A DNA stretch of 64,000 nucleotides from Octopus bimaculoides (GCF_001194135.2 NC_068992.1:2482193-2546192), one strand, 5' to 3'; positions 25,066 through 37,666 are shown, counted from the stretch's first letter. Notes: generated by a model not told the origin, from the sequence alone. Numbers and translations: made by a program.

Positions 25066-25259
25066 CATCATCATCATCAACATTGTTTAACGTCCGCCTT
25101 CCATGCTAGCATGGGTTGGACGATTTGACTGAGGACTGGTGAAACCAGATGGCTACACCAGGCTCCAATCTGATTTGGCAGGGTTTCTACAGCTGGATGC
25201 TCTTCCTTACGCCAACCACTCCGAGAGTGTAGTGGTTGCTTTTACATGCCACCGGCACG
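25066..25259 (-). mobile_element. RTE LINE 3' tail
   Basis: Close homologue of 36641-36856 and 58757-58938; (CAT)n at the tail end. Confidence 0.85.
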
Positions 25260-25374
25260 ATACACAAATACATCGGTATTCCTGATTCTAAATATAAAAT
25301 TGTGTGTATGTCTATATATATATATATATGTGTGTGTATGAATATATATATATGGATGTGTGTATGTGTGTGTG

Positions 25375-25419
<45 letters not shown>

Positions 25420-25427
25420 CATACATA

Positions 25428-25728
25428 CGAGGGTGAGTCAAAAAGTAATGCCATTTTATTTAGGACAGGTATAATTACCAACACATGAACATGTATTATA
25501 CATCAAGATGAAGCTGGTCCTCTGTGGATCACATCCCTACTTCTAAACATAGTCACCATTTCTCTCAATAGCAATGTTCTGCGTTCGAACGAGAGCATAT
25601 TCCCTCCCCCGTAAAACCCTGTTGACTGTTCTTTTAGCCACTTCTTCACAACAGTTTTCACTCCCTCGTCACCGGAATAATCTTTGCCTCTCAAACCCTC
25701 TTTCAATAGGGCCAAAGAGATGATAGTC
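25428..25728 (-). mobile_element. Mariner transposon 3' end (TIR + transposase C-terminus)
   Basis: TA|CGAGGGTGAGTCAAAAAGTAATGCC terminus. Minus strand gives DYHLFGP/LKEGLRGKDYSGDEGVKTVVKKWLKEQSTGFY with frameshifts. Confidence 0.85.
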
Positions 25729-25729
25729 C

Positions 25730-25808
25730 AGTGATGAGAAAGTGAAACCTCTAGTGAAGAAGTGGCTCAAGGAACAGTCAACAGAATTTTACGGGGCAGG
25801 GATGCATG
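25730..25808 (+). mobile_element. Second, inverted copy of the mariner C-terminal segment
   Basis: Encodes DEKVKPLVKKWLKEQSTEFYGAGMH; reverse-complementary to 25596-25673. Confidence 0.8.
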
Positions 25809-25817
25809 GCTGAGTTC

Positions 25818-26121
25818 CTTTCGAACTTTGGGCCTAACAGAGGCAAAGTGACTGAGTTCCTTTCAAGTGTTGAGCCTCAAGGAGCCAATGACCAACACCT
25901 TTGGTATTATGTCATGCTTGAGAAGAAGACCTATCAAACCAAGCAAAATCGCAGTTGTGGTAGATACCGGTGCCACACAAACAGCACCTGTGCCAGTGGA
26001 ACATAAAAGCACCCATTACACTCTCAGAGTGGTTGGCATTGGGAAGGTCATCCGGCTGTTGAAAACCATGAGGCCTTCGAGCTTCCCAGCCAGCATGGAC
26101 GACGGACGTTAAATGATGATG

Positions 26122-26122
<1 letters not shown>
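25818..26122 (+). mobile_element. RTE LINE 3' end (ORF C-terminus + UTR + (GAT)n)
   Basis: Encodes RTLGLTEA and DQHLWYYVMLEKK (RTE C-terminus). UTR has AAAGCACCCATTACACTCTCAGAGTGGTTGGC and ends CAGCATGGAC...GTTAAATGATGATGAT. Confidence 0.75.
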
Positions 26123-26156
<34 letters not shown>

Positions 26157-26447
26157 ATATTCATTGATAGATAGATGAATAAGTATATATACATATACTT
26201 ATATATAAGTATCTGCATACACATATAGAATGTGTGTGTTTGTGTGATTGTGTGTACATTTGTGTGAGAGATAAACTTGAAAAATTAATATAACAAACTG
26301 TCAGATTTACTATTTTATTTTGTTACAATTTTGATTACATTTTCTTTATAATTCCGAATAAAATCGCTGTTTAATTCATTTTAATTTTTTTTTGTTAACC
26401 AAATTTTTCTGCTAATGGAAATCTGATTTAAATGCATTTCATCCTCC

Positions 26448-26505
26448 TCCTACTCCTACTCCTACTCCTATTCCTACTCCTATTACTCTTCCTCCTCCTA
26501 CTCCT
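26448..26505. repeat. (CCTACT)n hexamer repeat
   Basis: Direct repeat. Confidence 0.8.
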
Positions 26506-26759
26506 TTTTGCCCTTGTCTGTTGAAGTGACAGCTCATTTCTCAACTCAATCAAACATCAACTATTTTCTTAAAATTTAGCACCAATAAATAATGATCAAT
26601 AAACTGAGAATATTTTAGCTGGCCACACGCAGACGTTCTACTGCATATAACATGCATATGTGCACGTATGAACATGTGCATATGCACCTGATGCACAGAA
26701 AATACATGTGCATTTTCAGACATGTAACATAAATTTGTGTGTGACTTTATGAACGTCAA

Positions 26760-26952
26760 TATATCTGTATGCATGTATGTATGTACATATGTCCGTATGT
26801 ATGTATGAATGTATGTATCTATATGTATATATTATATATATATTTGTGTATGTATGTGTATAAATATATATATATATATACATATATACATGTATATATA
26901 TATATACATATATTTATACACATACCCACATATGTATGTATGAATATACCTA

Positions 26953-26998
<46 letters not shown>

Positions 26999-27156
26999 TA
27001 TACATGCACATATGTATATATGTATTTATATAATTATGTGCATGTATATGTATATGTAAGTATATATGCTCATGTGTGTGTATATATATGTATATATTCA
27101 TTTCTCTATGTATCTATATATATATATATATGTTTATAGATGTGCATGAGAATACG

Positions 27157-27191
<35 letters not shown>
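26760..27191. repeat. (TA/TG/CA) mosaic microsatellite
   Basis: Low-complexity alternating purine-pyrimidine tract. Confidence 0.85.
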
Positions 27192-27988
27192 NNNNNNNNN
27201 NNNNNNNNNNNNNNNNNNNNNNNNNNNNNNNNNNNNNNNNNNNNNNNNNNNNNNNNNNNNNNNNNNNNNNNNNNNNNNNNNNNNNNNNNNNNNNNNNNNN
27301 NNNNNNNNNNNNNNNNNNNNNNNNNNNNNNNNNNNNNNNNNNNNNNNNNNNNNNNNNNNNNNNNNNNNNNNNNNNNNNNNNNNNNNNNNNNNNNNNNNNN
27401 NNNNNNNNNNNNNNNNNNNNNNNNNNNNNNNNNNNNNNNNNNNNNNNNNNNNNNNNNNNNNNNNNNNNNNNNNNNNNNNNNNNNNNNNNNNNNNNNNNNN
27501 NNNNNNNNNNNNNNNNNNNNNNNNNNNNNNNNNNNNNNNNNNNNNNNNNNNNNNNNNNNNNNNNNNNNNNNNNNNNNNNNNNNNNNNNNNNNNNNNNNNN
27601 NNNNNNNNNNNNNNNNNNNNNNNNNNNNNNNNNNNNNNNNNNNNNNNNNNNNNNNNNNNNNNNNNNNNNNNNNNNNNNNNNNNNNNNNNNNNNNNNNNNN
27701 NNNNNNNNNNNNNNNNNNNNNNNNNNNNNNNNNNNNNNNNNNNNNNNNNNNNNNNNNNNNNNNNNNNNNNNNNNNNNNNNNNNNNNNNNNNNNNNNNNNN
27801 NNNNNNNNNNNNNNNNNNNNNNNNNNNNNNNNNNNNNNNNNNNNNNNNNNNNNNNNNNNNNNNNNNNNNNNNNNNNNNNNNNNNNNNNNNNNNNNNNNNN
27901 NNNNNNNNNNNNNNNNNNNNNNNNNNNNNNNNNNNNNNNNNNNNNNNNNNNNNNNNNNNNNNNNNNNNNNNNNNNNNNNNNNNNNNNN
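27192..27988. other. Assembly gap (N)
   Basis: N-run between (TA)n tracts. Confidence 1.
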
Positions 27989-28506
27989 TATATATATATA
28001 TATGCAAGACACACACATATATGTATAGATGTTCATCATTATTTGACCATTCTTTTCTTCCATGCTTGCATGGATGAGATGAATGCATTATTTTACAATC
28101 CAATGCCATTCTTATCACTTGCCTATTTTCTAAGCAATAGATTTCTTGTTTCACTTGTCTACGAAGATACAAACCAAGTGGAGAAATTGGTGACGAGAGA
28201 ACAGACAACAAGGACATTGCATGTAATTACTGTTGGAGTGTGCAAATGTAAACAGACTACAGATTTACACCAGCGTGAGTGCTTTATATGTGGCACTGGT
28301 GCTTTATAAGTGGCACTGGCACAGTTGCTCTTTAAGTGGCATCAACAAAGGTGCTTTTCATGTAACACTGGCACCCATGAAAAGGATCTCTCAGCTGACA
28401 AGTAGTGGAACCAAGAGATTAGGGTATGATAAAGCAACAGAGATAGCCCTTTTACTATCAAGGAGATACTTGACTACCTCAGTAGGACAAGGAAGGAGAG
28501 GAAGTT

Positions 28507-28592
28507 GAGAGAGAGTCAGAGAGAGAGAGTCAGAGAGAGAGTCAGAGAGAGAGTCAGAGAGAGAGTCAGAGAGAGAGTCAGAGAGAGAGAGA
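28507..28592. repeat. 12-bp unit repeat (GAGAGAGAGTCA) x6-7
   Basis: Direct repeat. Confidence 0.9.
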
Positions 28593-28923
28593 CACACACA
28601 CAGATGGAGTGAGCAAGTAAGGGATATTAATACTTTTGTAAATTAATGTTTATAACATAATACCCATCAATCAAGTGTCACATAGGAATGACAAGCTGGA
28701 TTGCTATTACACCAATTAAATGTTGTTCTGGAAAGGAATCCTTTCTTCTTCCTACATAAACATAATTGATAAGATTTGTTATTAAAACAAAACTTAGATT
28801 CCGTGATGTTTCTGACTTACTCAAGGTCATTCTTGACAATGTAAAATCCTGGTTTTAAAAGTGAGAGTGAAACCAATTAAAACTAGACATGACACTCTCT
28901 TAGACATTTTGCTAAGAACTTAC

Positions 28924-28945
28924 AAACTGATATTATTCTTCAGAC
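28924..28945 (-). CDS. Candidate 22-nt micro-exon (xLKNNISx)
   Basis: Acceptor TTTTGTTGAGCTTTTCAG, donor GTAAGT; only one open frame. Confidence 0.2.
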
Positions 28946-29005
28946 CTGAAAAGCTCAACAAAATACCATTTTAAAATACAGTTTTGCATTATTATATTAT
29001 GCTAC

Positions 29006-29205
29006 GGCGCGAAGCTGGCAGAATGGTTAGCAAGCCAGGTCGAACGCTTGCCAGCACGTCATCCATTTTTGCATTCTGAGTTCAAATTCTGTTGGGGTCA
29101 ACTTTGCCTCTGATCCTTTTGGTTTTGATAAAACTAGTACCAATTAAGCAAAGGGGCCAATGGAATCAATTTAGCGCATTCCTCAAAACTGCTAGCTTTG
29201 TACTA
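29006..29205 (+). mobile_element. SINE-C, diverged, tail type 3
   Basis: GGCGCGAAGCTGGCAGAATGGTTAGC...CTGAGTTCAAATTC...GATAAAACTAGTACC. Confidence 0.75.
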
Positions 29206-29397
29206 ATTCTATCATTACATTATCCTTTCCAATAATTTAGTAATTAAATATTTTGATAAATGTTACCATAAATATTGACTCGTTAAATATCTTCTAAAAT
29301 TCTGATATCTGTGTTGGAACTTGTTTGGTACATTCTGTTGTAAATTAATGTCATTAGATTTGTGTTGATGTTAATGAGGAAGACACACTGGTTCAAT

Positions 29398-29556
29398 GAA
29401 TTCAATTAGCAGCTCATTCGATTAATGATTCATTCAATTAGCAACCTCTTTCATTTAACTACTCATTCAGTTAGTGTCTCAGTCAGTTAGTGAGTGACTC
29501 ATTCCATTAGCAACTCATTCAGTTAGCAGCTCATTCAGCTAGCAACTTTTTCAACG
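29398..29556. repeat. Minisatellite with ~16-bp unit CTCATTCAGTTAGCAR, ~9 copies
   Basis: Degenerate direct repeats. Confidence 0.8.
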
Positions 29557-30710
29557 AGCTCAAGAAATCAACACACTGCCCATTCTAGGAATTGAAACCA
29601 TGATCAGATGATTTTGAATTCAAATATCCTGACTACTAAGTCCTGCACCTTGACAAGAAGTAGTGATGGTGATTGATAGATTACATGTCAAAGTTGTCAA
29701 CCAGCTCAGATCACTTGGGGTTTTTTGGTCTATAAGTTAAAGGAAAAGCAAGTCTTTGTAACAATGAAAAATAAAATATAATTATCAAGAAACAACTAAA
29801 CAGAACTGTGCAGTATAGATCTTCATCTATAAATCTTTAGATTCAATAATGTTATGATATATTCAACACCATAACTCAGACACTTCATTGTTTATGGTGT
29901 AGTAAATGATGGTAATAATCACTGCAATCACAAAAATCATTATAAATAATTGATTAATTTTTCATTACCAATTAGTGCTAGTTTTAAATATTACTAAATG
30001 GTTATTTACTGTAAATAGTTGCAGCAATATATTTACTAAACTACAGCAGGAACATATTCAATGAAAGCAAACTGTGAGTTTTCTATTTGTAAAGATATTT
30101 TCCAATTTGAGAGAAAATGAAGTTGCAACAGTTTCACTTTAGGCAATCTTTTTTTTTAAACTATTTTTAAAAAACATTCCATATGATTAGTGAGGAAATT
30201 CAACTTAAGTTTTTTAATGGCTTCTTTTCTTCACTAAATTTCTTAGTTGAGAAATTGTTAATAAAAAATAAATAACATACCAACAATACTGATGAAACTT
30301 TTCTTTCAATTATTTAATAAAAAAAAAAAGAAAGAAAAGAAGAAAGAAAAAAAGCAACTGCTATTTCATTTTTGAAAAGTTAATAAAACTGTTTAATTTT
30401 TCTGTGACAAGGAGCTAAATAAAATAGTGGTAAGATTGTTTTGTCATTTTTACTGTCATTTCAGCTCGGTGCTAATTGTATAAAAATTGGAAAGTAGTTA
30501 CGAAAAACATTATCTGTTGAGTGTGTATTAGTTGATACCTAAATTAACATCTACACTGAAAGTGATTAAAAAATGACAAAGTAAGCCAGGAGTAGTTGGT
30601 AATTGCATGATCTCAATTCTATAGATTTTTATCTCTTGTGAATTCAGCTTTCAGAGTTTGCTCACTAAATTCCTTCCATCTTCATGTTTGTTCTGTTTCC
30701 CCCCCAAAAA

Positions 30711-31264
30711 GTAGAGAAACTGTCAAAGTACAAAGATCTCAAAACTGAAGTAGTCAAGATGTGGGGCCTAAAAGTGAAGACAATACCAGTAATAAATGGA
30801 TCGTTAAATATGATAACAAAAACATATGAATGAAATCCTAGAAGCTATACTTCGACCCTCGACACTACGCACAATCCAAAAAGTAGCTCTGTTAAGAACA
30901 GCCCACATCCTATGCAAAACTCTATTGATTTAACAGTAAAACCCAAATAAAACAATCCACAAACATGGGGGCCACTTTATACAGTAAATATCCTCAAAAA
31001 TAAACGTGTCCTTTACAGGTTGGATACTCAATAGAACACAACTCACATTCCACACACAATACAAACACTAATACGACAAAAGACTGCAACCAAACCCCAT
31101 AACAAAACAACCTGGTGCAATATAATACCAGGAAGAGTTTGTACTCTCTCAACAACAAAAACAAAACAAGAACACAATATTGTACACATCTCAACAACAC
31201 AGGTGTAGCAGGTGACGCAATAGAAATTTACCTGAAATTATTAAATGTCAAATAATAATAATAA
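30711..31264 (+). mobile_element. R4/Dong-type (restriction-like endonuclease) LINE 3' end
   Basis: Encodes VEKLSKYKDLKTEVVKMWGLKVKTIPVING, then after a frameshift TIQKVALLRTAHILCKTL* (30711-30933). 3' UTR ends in (TAA)n. Confidence 0.75.
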
Positions 31265-31522
31265 TTCTTTCTACTGGAAGCACAAGGCCTCAAATTCCAT
31301 GGAAAAGATAAAATCGATTACATTGACCCCAGTACGTAACTGGTACTTATTTAATCGNNNNNNNNNNGACCCCAGTACGTAACTGGTACTTATTTAATCG
31401 ACCCCGAAAGGATGAAAGGCAAAGTTGACCTCAGCAGAATTTGAACTCAGAATGTGCAGACAGATGAAGTGCCGCAAAGCATTTTGCCCAGCGTGCTAGC
31501 ATTTCTGCCAGCTCACTGCCTT
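31265..31522 (-). mobile_element. SINE-C spanning a 10-N gap (31358-31367)
   Basis: Colinear with the other copies; 33 bp is duplicated across the gap. Confidence 0.85.
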
Positions 31523-31552
31523 AATAATAATAACAATGATAATAATAATAAT

Positions 31553-31898
31553 AACAAGAGCACTCAGAGAGCAGAAACCTCCACCAAGGCAACACCAACG
31601 TCCTCTCAACGATTAGCCAGAGATGATTTTTAAAATGGGAATATCTGAAATAAACTCGATTGTTCTCACAAACAAGAATATTAGAAATGAACCTGACCGC
31701 TCTCAAAAATTAAGTAAAAAAACGGAAAAATAATCCAGAATCCTTGTCCGATACCAGATCGATGCCAAAATCTAATTAGTTTGTGCTAGTAACAAGCCCA
31801 AACATCCCTGAAAGTTTCATCTAAAACCATCCAGCGGTTCTTGAGATATTTTGTCCACAGACAAACAAGAGCAACTGCCTTCGCTAAGGTGGAGGTAA
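31553..31898 (-). mobile_element. Non-autonomous Helentron-type (HINE/DINE-1-like) element
   Basis: Subterminal inverted repeats ACCTCCACC (31577) / GGTGGAGGT (to 31896), small hairpin GCCTT-CGCT-AAGGT, degenerate terminal stem-loop, TT ends. Confidence 0.55.
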
Positions 31899-32069
31899 TG
31901 ATAATCATAGTAATATTCTGTTATGTACTAGTTGATCAGTGGAATTAAATCGATTGATTGCTGTCTTCTATCTCTTTGAACGTTCCCTATATTTCGAGAT
32001 AAAATAATAATTTGGTTGATAAATGTTAGTTGGTAGATCTGTATATATGAATATATATCTCTCTCACAG

Positions 32070-32098
32070 AAATATCAAAGACTTTCAATACATTGAAG
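32070..32098 (+). CDS. Candidate 29-nt exon
   Basis: TCTCTCTCACAG|AAATATC...TTGAAG|GTATGT; two frames open. Confidence 0.2.
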
Positions 32099-32738
32099 GT
32101 ATGTCATTTGCTGTCCGTCCACTAACTGAAAATAGAGGTGACTAAAGGAAACATATGGAGCTGATGAAAACTGTTTTGAATTAAGTTCCCATACACATTC
32201 AGATCCCTTATACAAATAGAAACTGTTGGTGTCTTACAGTTGGGTAACTTCAACAAATTGATTATTTATTGCTATGAAAAGCACAAGCTGAATGAATCAA
32301 ATGTCTAAATGTTACTTCATTGTTGAAAACACTTTCCAGTTTTTGATACAATTCTTGCTACAAGATCATTCACCAGAAAATGGGGTTTTCATTCCTGGTA
32401 AATGACCAGATGTAGTTTACAAAGACTGCTGGTTGATAAAAGTGATAACAATGGCATTAGTTTTATCTTATTTTATTCATTTATTTATTGCTAAAAGCCG
32501 AAGTTTGAAAGAGTTTTACACACACATACAAGTAGACATGCTCTCACACACACACACACAAACACACATGCACACCCATATGAAAGAAAAGTAAATAAAA
32601 TTTTAAAGTATGGAGAAAGAGAATATTTATATTGAGTCAATATTCCCTGTACCATGATTTAAAAGTGGTTGGTAAATTTATGTTCACCCTACTAACTTCC
32701 CAAATTAACAATCAAGAAACAATATTTACTCAGTGAAA

Positions 32739-32953
32739 GGCGGTGAGCTGATAGAATCGTTAGTACGCAAAGCAAAGTGCTTAGCGGTATTTTGTCTGTC
32801 GTTACATTCTGAGTTCAAATTCCACTGAGGTTGACTTTATTTTCCATCCTTTTGGGGAGTCGATAAATTAAGTACCAGTTACATACTAGGGTCGATCTAA
32901 TCAACTGGCCCCCTCCCCAAAAATTTCGGGCCTTGTGCCTAGAGTAAAAAAAT
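32739..32953 (+). mobile_element. SINE-C, full length, tail type 1
   Basis: GGCGGTGAGCTGATAGAATCGTTAG...GGGCCTTGTGCCTAGAGTAAAAAAA. Confidence 0.9.
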
Positions 32954-32962
32954 ATTTTTTAA

Positions 32963-33127
32963 GGCGGTGAGCTGGGCAAAATGCTTAGCGGTATTTCATC
33001 TGTCTTTACATTCTGAGTTCAAATTCTGCCGAAGTTGACTTTGCCTTTCATCCTTTTGGGGTCGATAAATTAAGTACTAGTTACATACTGGAGTCGATCT
33101 AATCAACAGGCCCCCTCCCCCAAAAAT
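32963..33127 (+). mobile_element. SINE-C tandem copy with a deletion in the head
   Basis: Starts about 10 bp after the previous copy's tail. Confidence 0.9.
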
Positions 33128-35159
33128 AAGACTACTGAATAATAATAAGAATGATAATAATAATCAAACAGATTAAAGTAAACCAAACTAGTCTAATTAG
33201 AAAAAAAAATAGCAGTAAAATTTGAGCTTCATATCTTCTTTACTCAAGATCCATCAATACTTGGGTTGTAAACTCTGCTTGTCTTTTTATCATCCATGAA
33301 ATAAACTTAGTGCAGGCCTCTATTGATATCTATTATAAATACTTGAAGTGAAAATGGTAAAATTGGTAGAAGTAGGAAAGCATTTTCCTGTTCAGAAGTG
33401 TAACATCTCCACATCAAAACCATATGAGGAGACTTGTTAATATAAAAGATTGTCTCAGGATGAAAAAAAGATATTAAAAGACAAACTGAAACAAAAGAGA
33501 ATAGTTTGCAATGAGATTGCTGCCGAAATCTTGTCTGGAATTTGCAAAGACAACAGCTAATCAATGATTATGATGAAAAATGAAAGGTTAAGAGGGAACA
33601 ATGGGGAGAAGGGGGAGAAGGGGTAGGAGATTTATAAAAACAATTTCATTTGCAGGGGAAAAAGAATTAAGATAAAAATAAACATTTTTAACAGAATGAA
33701 TTCAAAATGGAAAAAAATATAATACAAGTTTTATCACATTTTATATTTCCATTGTACTTTTCGTTTGTGTACATGTGAATATGAGAGAGGGAGAGAGAAA
33801 GAGAGGGAGGAGAGAGAGAAAGATAGAGAGGATGAAAGTGTGTGCATGCACAAATATATAGAAACACAAAGACATAGCATACATAGACACAAACGCAGTA
33901 ATATACATACACATGGAGAAACACACATATGCATACACATATCTGCATACACACACATATATATTTTATATTATATTATATTATATAATATTACATTACA
34001 ATATAAGATTTTAACCCTATACATGTTTACTTAAGAAAATCCAAAGATCACACATGAATTTGTCTTAATGTAAACCAAGAGAGACATTTTCTTAAAGCAA
34101 GAGGTCTTGCTGGGTTTTATTTTAAAATATATTATGGTTTAAAAATAATAATAAGATTTTTCTCAGAGAGAGAGAGAAAGAAAGAAATATACATATATGT
34201 GTAATTGACTATACATATATACATACATGCATACACACACATATGTATGTATATGTATGTATGTATATGACATATATACAGACATATATATTTCATATAT
34301 ATATATATATATATATGTATACATATATGTACATAGATATATAGACATGTATATATGTATATTTATATGTATATCTATATATATAGATATATACATATAT
34401 AAATGTGTGTGTGTGTGTTTATATATATATATATATATATATATACACAAGTAAGTGTCTGCATGTCTCGTTAAAGGCAGTCATTAGCCATTCTAACAAC
34501 ATTCGTGATTTAATTTTATGTGAGTCGACCATTTGAAGTAGAATGTGTAAGTTGTTCATTGTCTGGTAATGATTAGAGAACTGTTGGAGAAGAAATCCTA
34601 ACCCCTGCCTTCTCCAATCTGTTCCATTAAAAGAGGGTGCAGGTTACCAGTGGCTCTTAAATCTTTGCCACTTTCTACATGTGTTCCACTCTTCCTGCCA
34701 TCACAAAAAAAACAAAAAAAACAGGTAGTGCTATCATGATTATTATTATTATTATTGTTGTTATTATCATCATCATCATCATCTCTATTATCTGAGTCAG
34801 ACAACTAACCAAAACTTCAAAAAAGAAAAAAAAAATGTTAACATCAAATAGTATTTCTAAATCACAAAGAGTTAATCAAAGTTGGGATAAAATATTGATT
34901 TAATAATGGAAGAATTTTTTTGCACACATGCACACACATGTACACTCATTCTTACACATATATTCACATACATTCTCACATGCACATTCTCAAACACACA
35001 CATGTATTTCTTAAGTTTTTCTTTTTTTTTTTTTCAACTTTCTACTTTCTTTCATTTCTTTTTAGTGATTTAAAAGAAAAAAAATTATTAAATTTTGTTG
35101 TTTTTATTCAAAATTTTTCCTGGGCTTTTTTTTTTGTCTTTTTGGCTTTGTTTCTTTTT

Positions 35160-35400
35160 TTTTTTCTTCTCTGGAAATTATGCCCTTTCACTTTTACTCT
35201 CTCTTCCATCTTTCTTTCTTTTTTCTTTCTTTCTATCTCTCTCACTCCCTCTCTTTCTTCCTCTGTCTCATTCCTTCTCTTTTACCCTCTCTCTTCCATC
35301 TTCTCTTTCTCTCTCAACCTTTCTCTCTCTCTTTCTCTCTCATCCCTCCTCTCTCTCTCTCTCCCCTCCTCTCTCTCTCCCTCTCTCTCATCCCTCTCAC
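35160..35400. repeat. Polypyrimidine (CT/TTC-rich) tract
   Basis: About 240 bp that is almost entirely C/T. Confidence 0.85.
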
Positions 35401-36640
35401 ACACACACACATCACTCAGTACCACAGACTCAGAATCAGAATAAGAGGATGTTTCAAGGCATATTATCATTAAGAAGTAAATGTCATGAAAATTAGGGTA
35501 AACCTTTTCCTTCTCATTTTTTTTCCAAGGTATTGGGTACAGTTGGTTAATAATCATATTGAGCATAATAATAGTAATAATAATAATAATGCTCCAATAA
35601 TAACAATGATTAAGAAAATATGGCCAGTGGAGATACTGAGCTGAATATAAGTAAAGCATTTAAAGAACATATTAAGGTGCATGAAAAAAGTTCTGTTAAT
35701 GAAGGTTGGCAAGCAACATGGTTTTGATTCTTGGTGCTTTATTTTGGATTCTATGTTTTCACTTCTTTCCATTTTAAATTCCAGAAGTCTTAGAGGAAAA
35801 AAAATCTGTGTTATATTAATTTAATAGAAAGATAGATAGGGATTCAAGTTTTCGGAGAATAATTTTGATTTATTTACTTTGAGACAGCCAATGGTGATTA
35901 GTTCTTTATTCTGGCAACTTATTTTTATTTGGAACAACTTTATTTCGAATATAAACTAAAAAAAAAAAAAAGATTTTTTAAAATTAGATCAGATCAGATT
36001 TTTTTCATTTCTTCACACAAGCTAAAGCTATTTTAGCTGGGTTTATATCAATTGTAGATCAACTGAGAAATGTTTTACATTCTTCGGTTCAAGTCATGAA
36101 CTGGTATCTGCTACAAGTGTTTCTGAGAATCTAGAAACGGTAATTAATTCCATAATCTTTCAGATGAGCAGCTTCGTTATCAAAAATTTGGACTGCTTCT
36201 TTAACCTTTTTGTTGCCATATTTCTGTTGAGATGCTCTGTGTTTCTTTCAATTAATTTTAAATATAACAAAGAATTTAGTAAAATAACTTGATTATCATT
36301 AAGCTAGTGTTAGGAACATAAATTGTGACTAAGGTTTCATGGAAGATTTTAATTCAAAATTTATGAAAACAAGATATTTGTATTACAGAAGCAGAGACAA
36401 TTTCAGGTGGGAGGGGGAGAAAGAGAAGTTGGAAGAGAGGGCAAAAGAGGAGTGGGGAAGAGGAAGAAAGAGAGAAAGAAAGAAAGAAAGAAAGAGAGAA
36501 AGAGAGAGAAGGAAGGAGTAAAAGTGAAAGGGCATAATTTCCAGAGAAGAAAAAAATTAGGTTAGGAACTACAGTTCAAACTGTTGAATTACAAGACATT
36601 CAACAGACTGAGTTAAAGGAATTACATTTCAAAACTTATT

Positions 36641-36856
36641 CATGCCGGTGGCATGTAAAAGCACCCACTACACTCTTGGAGTGGTTGGCATTAGGAAGGG
36701 CATCCAGCTGTAGGAACTCTGCCAGATCAGACTGGAGCCTGGTGCAGCCTTCTGGCTTGCCAGTCCTCAGTCAAATCGTCCAACCCATGCCAGCATGGAA
36801 AGCGGACGTTAAACGATGATGAGGATGATGAGGATGATGATGATGATGATGATGAT
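36641..36856 (+). mobile_element. RTE LINE 3' tail, well preserved, with expanded (GAT/GAG)n
   Basis: GCCGGTGGCATGTAAAAGCACCCACTACACTC...CAGCATGGAAAGCGGACGTTAAACGATGATG. Confidence 0.9.
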
Positions 36857-37453
36857 TCTCATCTAGCAAAGGTAATTAATTGGTGATGATAGAAAGAGTT
36901 ACATTATTGAACTTAGTGACAATGACGCCATGGATTTCGGGTACTGAATATTTACTAATGGTTTAGAATCGTTGTAGTGTATCTTGTGATAAAATACTCA
37001 CATTTGTCTGTTTTAGTACTCCTGAGTGACAACAGGAGCTAACTAAGCCTCCTTTACAAGTGATTGACATTCTATTAAAATGACATTATGACTGAAACAC
37101 AAGCCAAAATATAAATTTGCAAAACACCACCAGTTATCAAATTAACAATAAGAAGAAAAAAATGCTTGTTAAATCAACTGAAAAAAATATTAAATTAGAA
37201 ATAGATTTGCAATGTCTGGCTCCCATTATCATTTTCTGCTTCAATTTGCTGATGGTGGCATCTTTATTACACTGTTCAAGAATTGTTTCTAGTTTTATGG
37301 TAGTTCTTTTAAAGGAACTGGTTATGACAACAGTGTCTTTGAGTGAGATACTATGAGAATCCAGGCAGTTCTGTGGAAGTCACAAACCAGACAATATAGT
37401 CATATTGTTGCAACTGTGCAGGGCTTCAAATTAGTTTTGTATAATTTGATAAT

Positions 37454-37666
37454 GGTTTCAAATTTTGGCAAATGGTCAGTAATTTAAGGGGTTGGGTTAG
37501 GTCAATTACATCGACCCCCAGTGCTTAACCGGTACTTATTTTATCGACCCCGAAAGGATGACAGGTAAAGTTGACCCCTGCAGTATTTAAACTCAGAACA
37601 TAAAGTTGGAAAAAGGCTGCTAAGCATTTTGTCCATTGAAATAACAGTTCTGCCAGCTCACCACCT
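37454..37666 (-). mobile_element. SINE-C, tail type 3
   Basis: Colinear with the family on the minus strand. Confidence 0.85.

Noticed and set aside
33340-33560. About 70-codon plus-strand frame with one internal stop (...SQDEKKILKDKLKQKRIVCNEIAAEILSGICK*)
   Set aside because: No recognisable family; compatible with chance.
37130-37375. Minus-strand frame IKLETILEQCNKDATISKLKQKMIMG resembling a Gypsy pol linker
   Set aside because: The similarity is too short and vague to support without a search.
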